This document shows, piece after piece, positions 46,693-59,407 of a DNA stretch of 64,000 bases. Within the stretch, counting starts at the first letter, position 1; each line of letters starts with the position of its first letter. The stretch is from NCBI GenBank assembly GCA_963693365.1, contig CAVNZM010000001.1:5038907-5102906 (forward strand), written 5' to 3'. Below the pieces are notes generated by a model that worked only from the letters and a program-made list of their open reading frames with translations, ran no database searches and was not told the DNA's origin. Made by a program: the position numbers and the translations under genes. The DNA is from Amoebidium appalachense. Taxonomy: Eukaryota; Protista; Ichthyosporea.

Positions 46693-46872
46693 AGAGCGAT
46701 TAAAGCTGCTTTTGCCGATGCATTGCCGAATGTTCACTTCAGTCTGACCAGCTCAGCACGCACCAACACTGCACAAACGACACGTACACACAGCCAAAGA
46801 AACAAGATAATTTTGCAAAAATATAGGCACACACGTGTCAGTGTAGCCAGAGTCTACTTTTATTGCTGCATA

Positions 46873-47329
46873 ATGGCCAAGAAAAAGGGAGGCAAGGCTC
46901 CTGCCAAGCCCCAGGCACAAACTACTACAGAGGTACAAGATACTCACCACCAGGCTGTGGCACCTCCAGAGAAAGAACAAGGATTACTCTTCAAAGCCCT
47001 TGAAGATGAGAACTTGGAGCCTTTGAAGTTGACCTATACTGGGGGGTCTGGGTTCAGTTACGAAGGCGCCAAGGACAAAGCGAAAGCTGCGATGAACGGG
47101 ACGATGATAGTCAAGGTGGGTGTGAGCGAGCGTGTGTTGCGTACTCAGTGTTGTATGTGCTAGCGCGAATATTAATGAGCATGTTCGTGCGTGCGTGTGC
47201 GCGTTCGTGTGCGTGTGCGTGGGCTTGTGTGCGCACATACGTACGTGCGGATGTTCGTATGTCTGTACGCGGGCGGTTATGTGTGTGCGTTCGTGTGTGT
47301 GTGTACGTCGGTGGGTACGCGGACCGGTC

Positions 47330-47373
<44 letters not shown>

Positions 47374-50300
47374 ATATGCATGTTTCTATTCACTTGTCTG
47401 GATGGCAGCAGATAGTGTGTCTATGCTGTGTATGTAATCTTAGGCATATTCAACTGCCTGTTGCTTGTAAACGTGTTTATACAAGTATATTTTCTGCGCG
47501 TAAGCTCAAGAAGCTTTATGCGCCCGCTAAGGATTCTCGTTTTCAAGCTGCCCTTACAAGGCCGAATAATCTCATCGGTCGGGTGTGCCAATAGATTATT
47601 TACAACCTGTTGGTGCCTACTCTCTAGCACAACAGCTAGGATTCTAAAAGATCTAAGAAGTTGGAACTTTCTTTCCCTTATTTGCTGAGCGTTTCTCTGG
47701 TGTACACTCGTGTCCTCATTCCAGAGGATCCCAGCAACCGATACGAACAAGAAGAGATCTAAACGGTTCACTCCCATAAAGCAAAACTTAGGCACGCTAG
47801 CCTCGTGCCATGTAGAATCAGGAACTCTGTTGTGTGAAGTTCTGCCCAAGTGATGGTGGTGACCACAAATCTAACAATGCTCATACATACGTTTAATCTG
47901 GTTTATTTTCATATGGGCTGGGAAATCATCTGGGCACGTATCTTGGGCGTCCAGGCAATAATATAATTCGCAACTTAAGGTGCGACTATTTAGTAGAAGC
48001 CGCACATGTTTTCATCTCTTGAGTCTTCAAATCTTTCTTAAAATGGGCCCTTTCCACCCAATATAAACAGAAGTGTCTTCCTGAGGACCGTGGCCTCAAC
48101 CAACCCCCCTCCCACCCCCATCCCCCCGGGGGGCTTGTCCCATCCTACCATCTGCCCATGGGATGGGGAAAAGAAGAAACGAAACCAACGATGGAAAGTG
48201 AATGGGCGCTATTTTCTTTAGCCATCCCACCAACCACCAATTACCACAGATGCTATCCGACAAGGTTGTGCTTGCTCAGAGTGGCAACCAGTCAGAAGCT
48301 GCCAGCTCCCTCGTGGAACTAAAGAAAGCACCATTCTACGCAGCGATGAGAGAACCACTCTTGGCTGTAAGACCCCTGACATCCCCCTCCCCTGCAACCC
48401 CCCACTCCCTCCCCCCCCGCCCCGCCCCCATCAAACCACCCCTCCTCCCGCCCTTCCCTCCCCCCCAGCGCATAAGGAATAACATAATTTGGGCTATCCA
48501 ATGGGTAATAATGAGGATGGATAGCGCTAGCATTATGTGGCTGCTGCCCTGAAGCTTGGTAGGCAGCATTCGCATTAATATATTTTTCCCCCCCTCGATT
48601 TGGCCATTAAGTATGAGTGTCGTTTGTGTAAAGCAAGAGTGGAAGGGGCAGGGAGAGGTTGTGCGAGTGTGCATGGATGATTGAGTGGGGAGAGGAACAA
48701 AGCAGTGGGGGAAGGGGGAGAGGGGGAGGGGGGGGGGGGGGGGGGGGTAACAGGGTAACTTTTGGATGATACCGGTGATATGGAGAGGTAAGTAAGGGAA
48801 AGTTTCGAAAGGGGCTTTTGGTAAACACACACCGGGGCACCCACACCTACACAACTGCACCAGGGCTAGATGTTGCATACAATAATCGCGGTGGGGTGTC
48901 ATGTAAGTGCCGGGGGCAGAGAGACAGTGTGCTTTCAGTTCAAGTCGCCTACACCCATATACTGTTTTGTCCGGATTGGAAGAAAATCCAGCCATGTCTC
49001 CACCCTTAGGCTATCCCGATTGCCCATCAACCATCCCTGCTGTTCTTCCCGCCGATTTCACACGATCTCTCGATCCGTAATGTTCGCCTACAGCTTTAGG
49101 ATATGCACATATACAAATGCACACAATTAAAGCTATAGACATGTTGCAGCCACTGTGAAACACAATATCACACACACACACACACACACATACACACACA
49201 CACATCAGACATACCAACAGTCCTTGCACCCACATACCCACAATTGTAACCTCCCCGTATTCACCCACACGTACACCACACAGGCTGGGGTACTCGAGTT
49301 CGCCTGTAAGGAGGTGGAAAATGCGGCCCGCCAGCCAACCCCAACGACCCCGCCATCCTCCCTCCTTGCCTACATATGCATCGTATGCTCCCTCGGGCCC
49401 TATCTACTCGGAACCGGGCGAAAATTCGACACGAAATATCTCGAGTGTTGTGCCAAAGTCACCCCACTAGTACTCAACTACCTTCGGACTCTGTCGAACG
49501 AAAAGTCTATGTGGGAAAAAATGGCCCTCACCAATGGGTGGGCAAACGTAGTGGACCACAATATTATCCCAAGCACATGGAAACCCGTATTTGATGTTGG
49601 GATTATGGGCCTAAAAACACCAAAAAATGATCTGTGCACAAAATCCGAGTCTACCTGTTCGCTCAAACGTTGGAAGTGCGCACACATTCATGGGTCGACG
49701 ATCATATCCGGGCTATTTATAAAGGCGGAGGGTAACGTGTGCGAAACTGACCTACTGACTCAGCTGGTGAAGGAGGGGGGATGGCGGTTTTTGACTCGTG
49801 CCTGCCTCCCAGCCACAAACGGACCGCGTTAAACCCCGCCCAGTGCTTCGGTATTTTGGCGTATCTGCCGGAAGGCGCGCCGAGAAAGTTGGTTTCGCAG
49901 TTTGAGAGTACCATCACGCCGAAGCAGCTGTCGTTCGTTTATTCACAAATTACCGAGCGAATGCTTAACCCCGCAAACGATACCTTTGAAGTGATGATGG
50001 CCGGCCCGGATTGCAGCCATTTGGAATGCCGCATGAGGGGGCTGGGGGTGACTCTTCAGTCTGGGTTTGCCGACCTCTATTCGACACTAATGTGTGCCTA
50101 CGACACAACGATGTTGAGTAGGAAGATGAAAACGATGGAGGGGGTTGCTTTCATTGCACGGGTGCTCGCTGAATGCCCACTCGATGAGGAGATGGATTTT
50201 GAACTAATTGAGAAAGTCCTGCATGTAAAACATCCCCCCCCCCCCCCCCCCCCTCCCCACACACACACACACACTCTCTACCTCTCTCTCTCTCTCTGCT

Positions 50301-50687
50301 CCTTCACCCCCTTGCTCTCGCCCCCTCCCACAGATGCTGGGCGCTGTTTCCAACTGCCTATGACCTCTTGCCCAACACTTGTATGCTAATATGCATCTTG
50401 GACGAGAAGACAAACATGTTTTTGTATTTTGTGACCCTTTGCATCGATCAGAACCCCATCAAACCTATTATGGTGAAAGCTAACTTGGTGCTCTATCGAG
50501 CCGTATAATTGCAATTCTGTCTTCTCGTGGAAGATACATGTTAATCCCTACACATGCATATGACCCTGCTGCCCGCTTTTCTGTTCTTTTCCTTTCCTTT
50601 CTTTTCTTTTTTTGTGTTTTTGGTGTCTTTTTGGTTCTGCCGGTGTTTGTTCTTCGACCCTCTAGTGAACACCAATGCTTTCCCCCC

Positions 50688-50741
<54 letters not shown>

Positions 50742-50937
50742 TTCCTCCCTCCTTCCTCCCTCCTTCTCTTCTGCCCCCCTCTCCCCCCCCCCCCCCCCCC
50801 CTCCCCCCCTCCCCCCCCACCCCCCGCTCCCACACACACACACACTAACCAAGCCACCCCATCCACCCAAGCACACCTACTCGTTAATTTTTAATCTGCT
50901 TTTACGTTTTCCGTCTTAGTGGTTCTTACTTTTCTCC

Positions 50938-50981
<44 letters not shown>

Positions 50982-51597
50982 TGCTCCAGCCTCGGTGTGT
51001 CCCACATGCCCCCCCTCCCCCCCTCACTCCCCCTTTCCTCCCCGGTTCTGCTTATGATGCATACTCTGTGTGTATACTCTTCTGCATCGTGTGGTCCGCC
51101 GTTAATGTGTGCTTCGTACTCTGAAACACATTCTATCCCCCCCAATCCCCCTCCCTCCTTCCCCCATCTATCTCTCTATTTCTCTTTCCCCCTCCCCCTT
51201 GCCCCTCCCCACCGGCCTTGCCGTCTTGCCCGGTCACCACCACCGTTGCTACCACAAAGCACACCCATTTACTTTCACCACACTGTAAAACTAACCATAA
51301 ACACATTTAAGTTGACCTTTAACCCTAAACAAACATGCAGGTGAGCCACCTCTTCGTGCTGGACGATGTAGACAACACGGCGCAGTTCACACCCATCTAT
51401 CCCCCCCACACCGTGGCCAGGCTGCTCAACCACTTTGGCTCCACACCGAAGGAACAATACCGAAGGCCTGCCGGGATGTTGATGAACACCCTCAACTACT
51501 TGTGCCCGAACAACTACTCGTATTCTCTGAGCCTGTTTAAGGTGTGTATCCATAATTCATCATCCATCGAACACCACACTCCTCCCCCCAGCTTCCA

Positions 51598-51628
<31 letters not shown>

Positions 51629-52351
51629 TCCCCACACCTCCCTCTAGACCCAAGCCTGCTGTACCGTGTGTGCGGGCAGTGGTCTGTACATGTGTAATTC
51701 TGTGTGGGCCAGTCGACGGAACAAGTAAGCATGTATTCATAATAGTACATTCCATGTGTGCCCCCCCCCCCCCCCCCCCCCCCCCGGCCCGCTCCCCCCT
51801 CCCTGCGCCTTCTTCCCTGGCTACTAGAGGCCCAGTCAACCCTCTCCCCCCCACCCCCCTTTCAGCCTTTTCGTCTCCCTTGTGCCCTTTCCGCTGCTGC
51901 ACGCACACACAAATAATAGCAAGAGATCAGCAAAATAGAAATAGCAAATACAAACAGTACAAACACGTATGCATTGCAGGCCGACATACACATTCCCATA
52001 CTCCAACTGGCCGCCGGTGCTTCCAGAAACCCCAAAGATGCAGATCTGTTTACCTTCACGATTGCGACGTTTTCCTTTGTGATGAGAGAGATGATGGCCA
52101 ATCCGCCGGAGGGTGTGTCACGTGACAGACTGTACCTGATTGGATGTGGTGAGGTGGACGTGGTTGTGGAATGTGGCAGGCGCATGGAGGTCCAAGAACA
52201 GCCCAGGCCAGATTGGATTGGACAGGTGCGTCGGTGACTCCTTTTCATTGTGTCTGTTTCTTGTCAACTCTCCCTCTGTGTTTGTGTGTCCTACTGCATA
52301 TGGTGGTAGTGACAGTGGTGGTGGTATGTTTATGCGTGGGTATAAATGTGT

Positions 52352-52382
<31 letters not shown>

Positions 52383-52890
52383 GGGGGGGGGAGGGGAGAG
52401 AGGGCTTGGGGGATGACGATAGGGGGAAGACGGGTGGAGGAGAGGAATTCTAAGCTCGATAATTTCATGGTTGTCACTGAATTTATATATTACTTCTGTT
52501 CTCATTAACCTGGTATTCGCGGCTCCCGAGTCACCACCAGCTGTATCCGAATGTTATTGAGTGCCGTCCCTTCTTGCAGATGCACGGGATGGCAACTTCG
52601 ATCTTGGAGGCCCTAGTTGAGAAAAGAGCCGCCCTCCCTGGGGTAAGTGACAACCCTGAAATCTTGCTCTCCCGCCCTCCCTCTTCTTTCCAAAAGGCAT
52701 GAACATCCACATATGCATACAATATAAGTGTGCAGGTACATGCAACAGTAACTTTATAGTGTTGGTTATCTTCATTACCGCAATGGAAGTCTCGATAACG
52801 TAGTAGTGGCCCACACGAATATTGTGAACACGAACATTGTGTCTCCCTGCCAGTGCACTTAAGCTTTCAGATGAGCAGCAGACAAGCACG

Positions 52891-52923
<33 letters not shown>

Positions 52924-52968
52924 AGAGTTAGAGACAGGGGGGGGGGGGGGGGGGGGGGGGGGAGGGAG

Positions 52969-53004
<36 letters not shown>

Positions 53005-53051
53005 GAGAGGAAGGGAGACTTTCGTGTGTGTGGGAAGAGGAGACGGGGGGA

Positions 53052-53133
<82 letters not shown>

Positions 53134-53148
53134 AGAGAGAGACACTCT

Positions 53149-53183
<35 letters not shown>

Positions 53184-53559
53184 GGGGGGGAGGGGGGGGG
53201 GGGGAGAGAGAGAGAGAGAGAGATGGAGGGATGGAGGGACGGAGGGAGGGAAGTGGGGGAGGGGGAGGGGGAGGGGGAGGGAGGGAGGGAGGGAGAGAGA
53301 GAGAGAGAGTGGCAGGGTGGGAGGGAGAACGAAAGAGGGAGAGAGGGAATGAGTGTGCGGAGGAGTTAGAGGGAGTGGGATGGAAAATCTCTCTCTAGTT
53401 TTGTCCCATTCCTCATAACTTCCTCCACACCTATACAACCCTCCACCCCTTATAATTTTTCTCTGTTCTTCCGAGCAGGAGCGCTTGCAAAGTTCAGGTG
53501 TTCAGGCCCCAAACTCACGCCCTCAGGTGAAGACGGCAGGAAAGAAAAAGAGAAAGTGA
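46873..53559 (+). CDS. Paralog B: unknown ~630-aa helical/ARM-like protein with Lys-rich ends; one -1 frameshift in exon 3
   Basis: Exons 46873-47115, 48250-48366, 49284-50224, 51341-51541, 51980-52225, 52580-52642, 53479-53559, all with phase-0 junctions conserved with paralog A. Exon 3 is 941 nt, one short, and the frame switches at the G6 run 49775-49780. [18 protein letters not shown] and [11 protein letters not shown] resemble ARM-repeat helices (inference). Confidence 0.8.
51047..51138 (+). repeat. Diverged third copy of the 106-bp intronic repeat
   Basis: Shares TCTGCTTAT.ATGCATACTCT...TTCTGCATCGTGT..TCCG...CTTCGTACT...CATTC with 742-847; also poly-C flanked. Confidence 0.7.
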
Positions 53560-54380
53560 GAAAACTCAGACATGATGTTGTTGGCTGTGTGCTGGACACC
53601 TACGTGGCTGGAGGTATAGCTGTGAAATGGAGCAAAATGGTGGGGTCACCTGCATACAATCAGAGGGAGTGCAAGGAGTCGGGTTCCTTTCGTGTGCATG
53701 GCCTTATATAGAATATGATACAATATCAAGGGGGTGCTTTGTTTTCCTTATTTTGTCCCTCCCCCCCCCCCCCCCCCCCCCCCCCCCCACCCCAAATTTC
53801 CTCCCCTTCCCTGCCCCGCTTTCCCTTACCCTCCCCCCTCTAAATCCCCCCTCCCCTAACCCCCCCCCCCCCCCCCCCCCCCCCTTTTCCTTGTTTTTTT
53901 TTGGGGGGGGGGATCGGCTGTGCGTGTTTTTTGGAGGGGGTTTCATGAAATCCTATCTTTAGCAGAGATAAGGAGGTTGTGTTTGGGACTGAAATCGTCC
54001 AGCTAGTAACGTGATCTTCATGTTTTTTTTGAGGTTCCAAAATAAATGTTAGCATCGATGCATATTGGTCATACCATCTCCCCAAGCAATTTCCCCAAAA
54101 ACATAAACAGCGCAGACTTTTTTCGCGCTAGACGCGCTCGTCTCTGATTCACTGGGATATGGATAATGACGTTGTTAGATTTTTTTTCTCATTGGCTTCC
54201 TTTCAACATGATGAATGGGATGTGTAATGACAAATTCTATCCTTGGATGGATGGATTTGACAGCAAGGAGAAAACAAAAATTTGATTAAATCATATAGTA
54301 TGCAAATAAATTTTATAATGAATGGTTGAACAACTAGGAGCTTCGCAGCGCTTGAAAAGGCAAGGGGAGAAGAAGGGAGG

Positions 54381-54425
<45 letters not shown>

Positions 54426-55224
54426 CGCGCGCGTGCGCACGTGTGTGTATTTGCGCACGTGCGCACGCGCATGCGTGAGTGCGTGCGGGTGCACCCGCAG
54501 GGTGTGTCTGAAAGAGAGAGAGGGGGGGAGGGGGTCGATGCGGCAGAGAGAGGAGGGCGAAAGCGGAGAGAGGGAGAGAGTGAGTTTGGAGTGTGTGTGC
54601 GTTAGTGAATGAGCGAGCAAGATGAGGAAAGGGAGGGAGAAAGAGGGCCGAGGGAAGAGGAAGGAGAGAGGGAGAGAGAGAGAAAAAGAGAAAGAGAGGG
54701 AGAGACTGAGGGAGAAGAGAGAGATAATATGCACACACGAGTGCGCGTTTGTTTGAGTGAGATGGAGTTTGTAGCCGCCATGGTGTACATGCATGCCTCT
54801 GCAAGCGGGTGCTTATGTGCCACATACTTCGCCATGAAGCACTTGTGTGTATGTGGTGTGTGTGTGTGTGCGCTGCGCGCATACATGCGTGTGTGCGTGC
54901 GTGTCTGCGTGCCTGCGTGCATGCATGCATGCTTGTGTCTGTGTGCCTGTACCTAATAATAATACTTCTAATATAATAATAATAATAACTAAGTGCTTGC
55001 ATGCACGCCGGGTATGCACGTCTATGTGCATGACCTGATTGCACACGTGTGCAAATGTGATTGCTGCATTTGGTTTTTGTGTGTGTATGCTTGTGTGTGT
55101 TATGCACGGATGAGCGTGCACGCAGGTGCACCTTTTACGGTGTAAATGTGTTTTGTTTGTGTGTTTCATATGAGCGCTCTTGTGTGTACATGATGCAGTG
55201 ATGGGCTGTGAGTGGGAAGCCCTG

Positions 55225-55290
<66 letters not shown>

Positions 55291-55801
55291 CGTGGGTGTG
55301 TGTGTGTGTGTGGTGCACGTGCCTTTGAGTAAGTGCAACACGTGCAACGTGTGCGCGGGTGTCCGTGTGTGTGTGCATGTACCACTGCGCACTTGCATGT
55401 GCTTGTGCGGACTACGATGTGTGTTTGTACAAGGGCACACAAGTGCACATATGATGTCCTTGTTTCCTTGCATCATGTGCATCTGGGGAAATTTCTCCTT
55501 TTTACAGTGTTTAATTCAATTCCGATCAATCAAGCCGTGGTGTCGTATTCAAAAGATTTCACAGATATTTAAAAAGATTTTTTCTTTTCTGGAATTGAAG
55601 AAAAGGTGTTTATTTAAAATAACCTGCAACTGCGGCACACCAAATATCATTAAGAATATGGAGGCAACATATTAGTAAACACGAACCAGGCTAAAAATTG
55701 AGCCCTATCTCTTCACCAGCTATATCGCGGTGAATGCCTCATGCTACATTTTTAAAAAATTTCTCTATGTCGCTTTCCTCTAGTACAAGTAATGATTCAT
55801 T

Positions 55802-57294
55802 TTATGCGTATATTGATGCAAGTGAGACAGGGATAAACACGACACCAAAAATGCCGAGGGCCAGCGCGCAGTAGCGCTTTGCAGTTGGCCAACTTGATCC
55901 AGTCTCCTCGCACCCACTTGCAAAAGTAGCAAAATAGGTGAACCCAGGCAATACCGCAGTGATCATAGCACATGTCGTAGCTCCGATAGTCGCATAAACC
56001 AACCCCAGGTCGCTTACCAACAAGGCAACGACATACGACGAGAGAACTAGTTACAGACCAATACTTGATGGTCTCGTCTTTCTTGAGGTCGGAGGAGACG
56101 TGCATGTTTTCGAAAATGTGTAGGAAGGAGTGTCGCGTGGGCTGGATGAGAATGGGGTAGGACACCAGCACCACGAAGGAAATCATTAGCCGTGCAACGG
56201 TCACGGGAGCCGTAACAGGGAAACTTAGGAGGATATTACTCTTCACTTGGTCGCCGTACGTGAAATATCCGCAAAGACCTACGGTGGAATAAGCAATAAA
56301 TGCGACAAGTAGAGCCCCGGCTACCGATGTGCTCACACGTGTAACTGAAGGCCGTTTGATTTCATTGTAGAGTTGCGCAATGTTTGTGTGACCACAAAAG
56401 GCAGTGATAAAAACTGGAAGGGCACGAAGAAGGCCAAAATCGGTTTTGATTGGTGTGAACTTTCCAACGCACGTGGTCTGATCTTTTCCCTCGCACGGGT
56501 CGAGTGGGCCCTGAGGGACAGATGTAAAACAAGGCGACGAGTGCGACTATGTACGTGATGCTTACAACTGCTGCAGCCGAGGTAAAACGGAGTGTGTTCA
56601 GTTCCTTTAAGCAGCCACGAGGCATGGCAACAAGGAAAAGCCAAGGGTGATCCATATGCGGCGATCCAGGACTGTTGATTGGGCGTCCACGCCAAAGTTC
56701 TGCAAGCTCATTGGCACAACGTCACCCACGATAATCAGATAGGTGACACAGCACCCGTAGCAGTCACGGGGCCGCCATAAACAAGTCAGCAATGATGGAA
56801 AGCCGAGGGAAGAGCTGGTGCACGGCAGATCCCACGGTGTTCCTTGTTCCATTAATGCGATGGAAGCATGCAGTGTACAGATGCATGCCGAGAAACGAAA
56901 AGAAAACGCTGAAAATCAGCAGGAAAATGGACAGCGCCCAACCACACGAGTTGACGGCGAACGGCAAAGCCAATATTCCCGACCCTATTACCGAGTTTAT
57001 CATGTTGACCATAGACGTGAGGATGGTCGCTTTGCGGTTGCTGAGGTAGTCGGGGGCGTAGGCGGCATCTTGTACTTCGTTGATGTCTTTTACCGTTCTT
57101 GCCTGTTCCTCTGAGGTAGCCATGGCAAATTAAAGCCCGCTGGTTTTTTTATTGCTCATAAGTTCTATGTCGACCATAGGAACCTCAATTTCTCCTTGTA
57201 GGACGGGGCCTGCAGGTGACCGTGAGGGTGGGTCGGAGCTCAAGTTGTTAAAGGTGCTAGCGGATGTTGACTCGGAATTCGGCTGAGTTTCCAT
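55802..57294 (-). pseudogene. Intronless Aa_trans (AAAP) amino-acid transporter, fungal AVT5/6/7-like; disrupted
   Basis: Motifs NSVIGSGILALPFA, CYGCCVTYLIIVGD, LDRRIWIT, LPVFITAFCGHTN...YNEI, GYFTYGDQVKSNIL, SYPILIQPTRHS and VSDLGLVYATIGAT are spread over frames joined by 4 frameshifts (~56769, ~56638, ~56508, ~56040). An in-frame TAA at 57130-57132 lies between ATG 57294 and ATG 57123. Confidence 0.9.
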
Positions 57295-57573
57295 GCTTAA
57301 AGTTGGTGTGACAGTTCACTGCGCATTATTATTTTGTGTGTATGAATTTAAAGGGCCACTTTGAGATTTGATGGTTCAAATGCGAAGCTAACTCGCTTTT
57401 ATGTGTTTTGTGTATGGCTTTTGATGTTTTCGCTGTTCTTGACGTGTTCGATCGTTGCTCGGATAAAGGTCAAATGACTGATGTGCACTCTGTAGGTCGT
57501 TTATATACCCACGTCAGGCTCCAAAAATGTTCGCCATCTACCAATTAGCGCATTGAACTTTGAATCGATCATC

Positions 57574-58407
57574 TGAGCCACATTCCACAGCGTCCCGTGC
57601 TGTGCCGTGCGTGACAGGCTCGAGCTCAGGCTGCTTACATCGGAGCTCAGCTCGCGGAGTCGCGGGCCTCGCGGCCTCGAGATCAGCGCTAACAGAAGAA
57701 ACGACTGCACTGGCCTTGAATAGCCACCGCCATCTGTTTCTTTAGGCGCCAAACGCTTATGTAAAAGCCTCTTTGCACCAAAAAACCGCTTTTCTTGAAA
57801 TCTACTCCTCGCCAACCGTTCACCTTGACCACCGCTCACTTTGCTAGTACTAGTGCACGGCCATCTAGAAACACTAGATGGCCGTGCGCCAAACACAAAA
57901 TAAATACATGTACAAGCAAAACAGTGTCACGCGTGATCGATGCATTATGATCATGCAGCTCGGGTAGATCTGGTTGCTTGAGGTTCATAAATCGTGTCAA
58001 TCGATCGATAGAAGGCAAGCCAGACGGTCCGAGCTGCTGCAAATGTAACATAGAAACTAATCCCACAGTACTATGGTGCCTGGCATTCTGGTACACCTAT
58101 TAAATATTAGTACCATAGACTGAGCTGTTGGCTGCGCTGCTACATATATGCATTGGACAGCGAAGCTGGACAGAGATGTGAATCAGGTCATAATCATGCA
58201 GGGTACCGGTGTACATGCATGTTTACTACATGTACCCTAGCTAGCAAGTATGTAGTGCACTTGGCTACTGTGGGTGAGCCCTTGGCACCGGTACCGAGCT
58301 CGAGCTCTCGAAAGGTTTCCTTGATAGCGCAGGGCAGCAAAACATGAACGCCAAGCTGTCCGACGTGGCACAGCGCGAGCGCCAAGCGCCGTTCTGAATG
58401 TGGCTCA
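57574..58407. mobile_element. ~830-bp MITE-like element, PIF/Harbinger-like termini
   Basis: TGAGCCACATTC (57574-57585) / GAATGTGGCTCA (58396-58407), with further imperfect inverted similarity (GCTGTGCC, GACAG). Internal perfect 14-bp-stem hairpin at 57855-57887. Confidence 0.6.
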
Positions 58408-58654
58408 CTAAGACCTCAGTGCGTTTGTTATTGTAACCCCGGTCGGAACAAGGGTTGCAGTTTTTGTAGTGTAGACCCACCGTGGCTGACCTACTACGTA
58501 CATATGTAGACGCCGCTAAGACGCGTGTTGCTCTGCGACTGCGAGTGGGCGTTGAACGCGTGCCGCGGCGTGCGTGGCAAGTGCTTTTCGTTCGACCAAT
58601 CGCATCGTTTCCCGCCAAAAGCATGTGATTGCGCAAACCTATAGCCCTCCCTCG

Positions 58655-58953
58655 GGGACCTGCAACTTGTGATACACTTTTCGGAACGGAAAGGCGTAGG
58701 CTGGCTAGATAATCAGGCTAGATGGCATCTCTATTTGTGTGTTGGGGGTCTTGTGAGAGCACACGTGAGGTTTAGTGTAGAGGCTTTCACCCAGGATGCA
58801 AAGCTAGCTTAAGGAATATCAGAGCGTGTGGCCTACAGGACCCGCTCAATTCAGCTCCGTTGCCTGATGAGAACGTGTATCAAAGGCGTACACACGGAGC
58901 CCAGCAATTATAGCTGGAGCCTGAGCGCGAACTGGCTGATATCTGCAGGTCCC
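58655..58953. mobile_element. Possible ~300-bp MITE
   Basis: 10-bp inverted termini GGGACCTGCA / TGCAGGTCCC; no TSD evident. Confidence 0.3.
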
Positions 58954-59126
58954 TGGTCTGTTAGATTATAAACTGCGTGTGGAATTGAGCGTGTGTGCGT
59001 GGATGTGGAAAGATAGAAAAGCTTCGGGCATCCGCACAAGTAGAAACATAAGTGGTTCCAACTAGCACCACCCTAGAACACCTTTGTATCAGGAGAGAGA
59101 ATAGTGTGTAGTGCTGCAACACAAAC

Positions 59127-59376
59127 ATGGCTGTGCCCGACAGTGTGGGAGAAGGTCTCTGTGCCCGTGCAAAGGCTGCACAGGCCAAGCTGAGTTCCTG
59201 CCTGTCTGCAGACAGAACCGCACCCTTCACGGTGAGTGCCTGCCTGCTTGCTGTCCTGTTCTTTGTAAGCGTGTCTTTTTTTTTCTTTTTTTTTTTGTGG
59301 AACTCCCCCCCCCCCCCCTCCCCCCCCCCCAAACAACAACAACAACAAAAACAACAACAACAACAACAACAACAAC

Positions 59377-59407
<31 letters not shown>

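Noticed and set aside
58864-58924. CTGATGA...CTGA as a C/D snoRNA or hammerhead ribozyme
   Set aside because: No GAAA core or stem II for a hammerhead; weak terminal stem and no convincing rRNA-complementary guide.
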